Positions 61,801 through 64,000 of a DNA stretch of 64,000 bases are shown piece after piece (position 1 is the stretch's first letter; each line of letters opens with the position of its first letter). The notes under the pieces were generated by a model. The model worked only from the letters and a program-made list of their open reading frames with translations. It had not been told where the DNA came from and ran no database searches. Location of the stretch: the NCBI GenBank assembly GCA_000004985.1, contig GG738902.1; one strand, 5' to 3'. The stretch is from Naegleria gruberi (Eukaryota). A program made the position numbers and the translations under genes.

Positions 61801-63989
61801 TTTCCACACAAGTCATGGAAGTGGTTCATACAAGTTACCAAGGCATCAAATGTTCTCACCTGAAGGTCTGATCTAATCTTCTCATGAGTAGCTATATCCT
61901 TGACGAATTGGTCACTATCGGAATAGTTCAGAATTTCTAGAAGAATATCAAATATCAAGTACATGTATGGCATACACAAGCTGAAATCTATCAATACAAT
62001 CTTGTTGTATAAGTGATAAACAATATATTCTAGAATGGCTGATTTTTGAAGAGATGTACTCTTTGTAAATGCATTATAAGCAGCAAATAATAATTGCAAT
62101 CTTTCATCGGGTGGTTGAATAGTAGAGACAAGATTTGCATCAATTTTGAGTTTGGCTTTTTCAGTAAGTTTGTTAGACATCAAGTCCTTCTCACTGGCTG
62201 ACAAGTAACCAGGATTTAGTTTTGAATAAATCATCAATGTCTCATTAGTAACACTTTGTCTAATTGCCATATAATTCACAAGTAAATCACCAAATATTGT
62301 CTTATCTGCTTCATAGACAGAATTCTTTGCTGCCAATGGTAAGAAGGCATAACCAAGAATGTTTCTATTAGAAGAACCGAAATGAGCATTTCTAATATCT
62401 AGGGAGTCCATATATTTTTGAACTTTACCTTTAGAATCCTCAACATCAATACTGTAGAATGTAAATAACAAGTGATGGCCTGCAGTAATGTTTTCAGAGG
62501 TGAGTCCCAACAAGTCAACCTTAATTTCATCAACAAAGTGTACATTTTTCTTTGTATTGTTGGCGAGACTGGAGAATTGATATCTTTGTAGTTTGTTATT
62601 GTATTTTCCAATCAATCGTTTCAACATTTTGCTCTCAGTATTGGTAGTAGAGATAAAATCTTCTGGAGATGGCTTAGAGAGATCATTTTCTCTTACAGCC
62701 ACTTCAATTAGTAAATGTTTACATGATTTAACTCCTCCCAACCGAGCAAACTTTAAATGAATGTACATCATGTTCTTATAGACCATATTTGGATATCTTG
62801 ATTTTGTCCAAGGAATTTCTTCAATAATATCTTCATTCATTTCCTCTTCTAGCATTAAATTGGATTTGTTTCTTCTCTTTTGTGATTCTGTACTTCTACG
62901 GTGAGGTGAATCTGGACGGAATGGGTCTGTCCTCTCTTCATCCCAGAAATCCAATGAGAATGTATCATCCTCAATGTAACTAGATTGTTTAGTGAGAGTT
63001 GAACGAGAGAATGAACTCTTCCAATCCTTTTCCAATCTCGACTCGATAGTAACTTTACCTTTGATATGGTAAGCTTGAAGTCCGTTGTGTGAACTCTGAG
63101 GATCCAAATGTTTCAATAGAGTGATAATGTTAAATGTTTCAATATTGGCATCCACAATGATTGGATAAAACCTTTCCAAAACAATCTTATTAAAATTCAA
63201 ATCAATCTTGGTGTCATCAATATTTTCCGAGAAGAAGGATGAGCTCATTGAGTTTGAGGCTGTATTGCTGAAACTATTATTTAAACTTGTACCTTTCTTT
63301 TGTGCGAAAAGTTTACAAAATCCTAGCAAGAAGGACTGTTCAAAGTGAGCTAAAGTTTTCCTTCTCTCATCATTAGTATTATTCTTCCTGTCCTTTGAAG
63401 AACCTCCAAGTTCTTCTGCGGCCTCTTGTACTGTACTATGGGGAGCAATTCGTCTCACAACAAGAACACAATAAACTTGATCATGTGGATAACTAACATG
63501 GAAAGTTTTTTCTTGCACAATTGTTGGAGGCATTCTCAAATGTTCTTGTGCAGATGGAGGAAGAGTTGAAAGTTGAGCCTCCGTGAGGAAATTAAAATAC
63601 CAGTCCTCACTAATCTTCCTCTCAGTCTTGCAATCATACAACGAAAGGGAGAATGTGAATAATTCTCTCGAATCAACCATCAATGAAAAATCAGACACAG
63701 ACAGAGTAATAGTAATCTTGCTCTTGACAGGAAACTCGAGAGATGGCAATGTCCTATGGCACAGAATTAAATCCAAAGGTTTGTACTCATAGTATGGTTT
63801 GAGAAGCATCATTAACCTCTCTTCCAGAATTTCATTCTTGATATTCATGTCAGCAGCTGTTGGAGCACTACTCAAGATTGCATTTCCAAATTTGGCAGAC
63901 AATCTTCTATTTCCGTTAACTGAATATGTGAGCTCGTTGATAAATGTAACCATTTCATCATTTAAATTTTCCTTGGTAAGATCCTCCAA
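58863..63989 (-). CDS. DOCK-like (DHR-1 C2 plus helical scaffold) protein ending in RasGEF_N and RasGEF (Cdc25-homology) domains; 5' end may lie beyond the window
   Basis: 1708-codon uninterrupted ORF. Its first codon is TTG and the frame stays open to the window edge. The DHR-1-like region (about 62330-62800) reads YKNMMYIHLKFARLGG...LLIEVAVREND...VHFVDEIKVDL...HHLLFTFYSIDVED...LGYAFLPL. DOCK mid-region motifs are CRYSWFIFDMAIKSLL, NRNIALFIRDLIPFL, IKIDYDERYQSREQRERVIGILF and LWTMRNCNRDTLIEWW. The RasGEF_N-like region (about 60050-60260) reads LKAATLEASINKILGF...MFYLTYNLFSSPEHIIDILISKY. The RasGEF region (about 58920-59670) reads EIAHQLTLLEAKFFLKIKPYEF...NNFFGFMALLGALRSTSVYRIKELY...LPCVPYLGSFQSQVLFTKEGN. 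Confidence 0.8.
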   Translation of the reverse strand: MEDLTKENLNDEMVTFINELTYSVNGNRRLSAKFGNAILSSAPTAADMNIKNEILEERLMMLLKPYYEYKPLDLILCHRTLPSLEFPVKSKITITLSVSDFSLMVDSRELFTFSLSLYDCKTERKISEDWYFNFLTEAQLSTLPPSAQEHLRMPPTIVQEKTFHVSYPHDQVYCVLVVRRIAPHSTVQEAAEELGGSSKDRKNNTNDERRKTLAHFEQSFLLGFCKLFAQKKGTSLNNSFSNTASNSMSSSFFSENIDDTKIDLNFNKIVLERFYPIIVDANIETFNIITLLKHLDPQSSHNGLQAYHIKGKVTIESRLEKDWKSSFSRSTLTKQSSYIEDDTFSLDFWDEERTDPFRPDSPHRRSTESQKRRNKSNLMLEEEMNEDIIEEIPWTKSRYPNMVYKNMMYIHLKFARLGGVKSCKHLLIEVAVRENDLSKPSPEDFISTTNTESKMLKRLIGKYNNKLQRYQFSSLANNTKKNVHFVDEIKVDLLGLTSENITAGHHLLFTFYSIDVEDSKGKVQKYMDSLDIRNAHFGSSNRNILGYAFLPLAAKNSVYEADKTIFGDLLVNYMAIRQSVTNETLMIYSKLNPGYLSASEKDLMSNKLTEKAKLKIDANLVSTIQPPDERLQLLFAAYNAFTKSTSLQKSAILEYIVYHLYNKIVLIDFSLCMPYMYLIFDILLEILNYSDSDQFVKDIATHEKIRSDLQVRTFDALVTCMNHFHDLCGNSSRGNRFFSGYVKYVFNYETLHCKLLSLFILYMHSKEQKQQDDISVESESCRYSWFIFDMAIKSLLVAQSKGVKNYEEADLIQLSKSLIQLLFEGMEKLLGTNNAANNNLVVYCNRNIALFIRDLIPFLGYSESAGVFDFYCKKVNRCTSKDTASRLLSESLAIITDYHSIWDLDTAGKENAFVSKLITFFLESIEAGNEKIIFKTAKYFLDLFIKIDYDERYQSREQRERVIGILFNSLVDNFFTKGEELLLKLKQFNEINIILSTIMLWTMRNCNRDTLIEWWKKKTLYFANDLNDISIIFYVLKFFKNVVLSFRGISKERSEQQSKKLDFVSKSYQIVVYLIFNLFIGKEGGMTKHLISVLENVSDSAADDDTVEALLYKLIQLIRHTVIHSLLRHDGNTCFIMVKSVMTELITNFAERISVHEISNSRDLSMKFLKKENKFRLLIALLMFMEKSHSLLVFCPDANDLDYDTDVFRAHCANCSDILLSEYLSRIEASSISNINEAEPEDYIVDLESKSLKAATLEASINKILGFNPENDIENTENFSQMFYLTYNLFSSPEHIIDILISKYKHLNQQSKMDSSKKDNLFIAKINLERTAARLIKDGFYAFNNLSIAKSINFMREIEHMSDSSSSSIAKIQNALLLNVLSIQASSGSRCNITSPGQDGDQSTDKTLILPKGLTLQMVSTPQIPMSKWNHDRELYFTTQRITNPFKITFDIVAWPSNEIAHQLTLLEAKFFLKIKPYEFYYIESKDKEIREKYSSNILFMQEHFKLVQHWANEMVLVQTNDRDRKKVFTKVLCSAQSCYQQNNFFGFMALLGALRSTSVYRIKELYEDNKEVHKLYQELEDCQKKVINSKEIAAMYDSLSEKQLPCVPYLGSFQSQVLFTKEGNKPLLDHPKSPNKKVINYKMMRILLKTLERVASLQQLCLNYDFQELAYLQFVFTEELPRLIHHSDEDLWEISTKIKPSNRQLAD

Positions 63990-64000
63990 TTTTCTTTCCT

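Noticed and set aside
1-64000. Prokaryotic reading of the window (operons, defence islands, CRISPR-Cas, phage-like modules)
   Set aside because: Many ORFs become complete conserved proteins only after removal of GT-AG introns. The tRNA has Pol III-type T-run terminators. The gene families are eukaryote-typical (B9D1, DOCK, RasGEF, RGS, F-box, BTB, SLC25, ELO). Genes alternate strands with individual A-tract start contexts. Nothing resembles an operon or a prokaryotic defence system.

Overview
This is AT-rich, gene-dense eukaryotic nuclear DNA, not a prokaryotic locus. I count about 37 protein-coding genes on both strands with short spacers. Introns are GT-AG and 37-138 nt long. Many start codons sit directly after an A7-A9 tract. 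There is one intact Pol III tRNA-Ala(AGC) gene and a truncated second copy. I saw no rRNA, CRISPR array or operon-like organisation.

Gene content includes DUF4116-repeat proteins, RNI-type LRR/F-box proteins, pyruvate phosphate dikinase, the ciliary transition-zone protein B9D1, an alpha-carbonic anhydrase, an ELO elongase, an ERG4/24 sterol reductase and Zn2Cys6 factors. This mix best fits a heterolobosean amoeboflagellate such as Naegleria. That assignment is inference from gene families, not a database match.

Several ORF-track entries are exons of spliced genes or begin at non-ATG codons. I re-derived those gene models by hand, using reading-frame and motif continuity.

Most notable observations:
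1. An ankyrin-repeat gene has a 915-nt gap between its exons (48278-49192, minus strand). The gap reads as 20 consecutive mini-introns separated by 19 micro-exons of exactly 3 nt (one of 6 nt), all frame-preserving.
2. Two divergently transcribed Zn2Cys6 paralogs recover their DNA-binding Cys motif and reading frame only if a 2-nt micro-exon is spliced in. One paralog also needs a 6-nt micro-exon.
3. One continuous ORF fuses pyruvate phosphate dikinase to an adenylate/UMP-CMP-type kinase domain. It starts with an MGCGNS acylation-type motif.
4. A 1708-codon ORF joins a DOCK-like DHR-1 and helical region to RasGEF_N and RasGEF domains, where DHR-2 would normally be.
5. One protein combines 12 EGF repeats, a GPS motif, 7 TM helices and an RGS domain.

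All functional calls come from motif recognition by eye. No searches were run.
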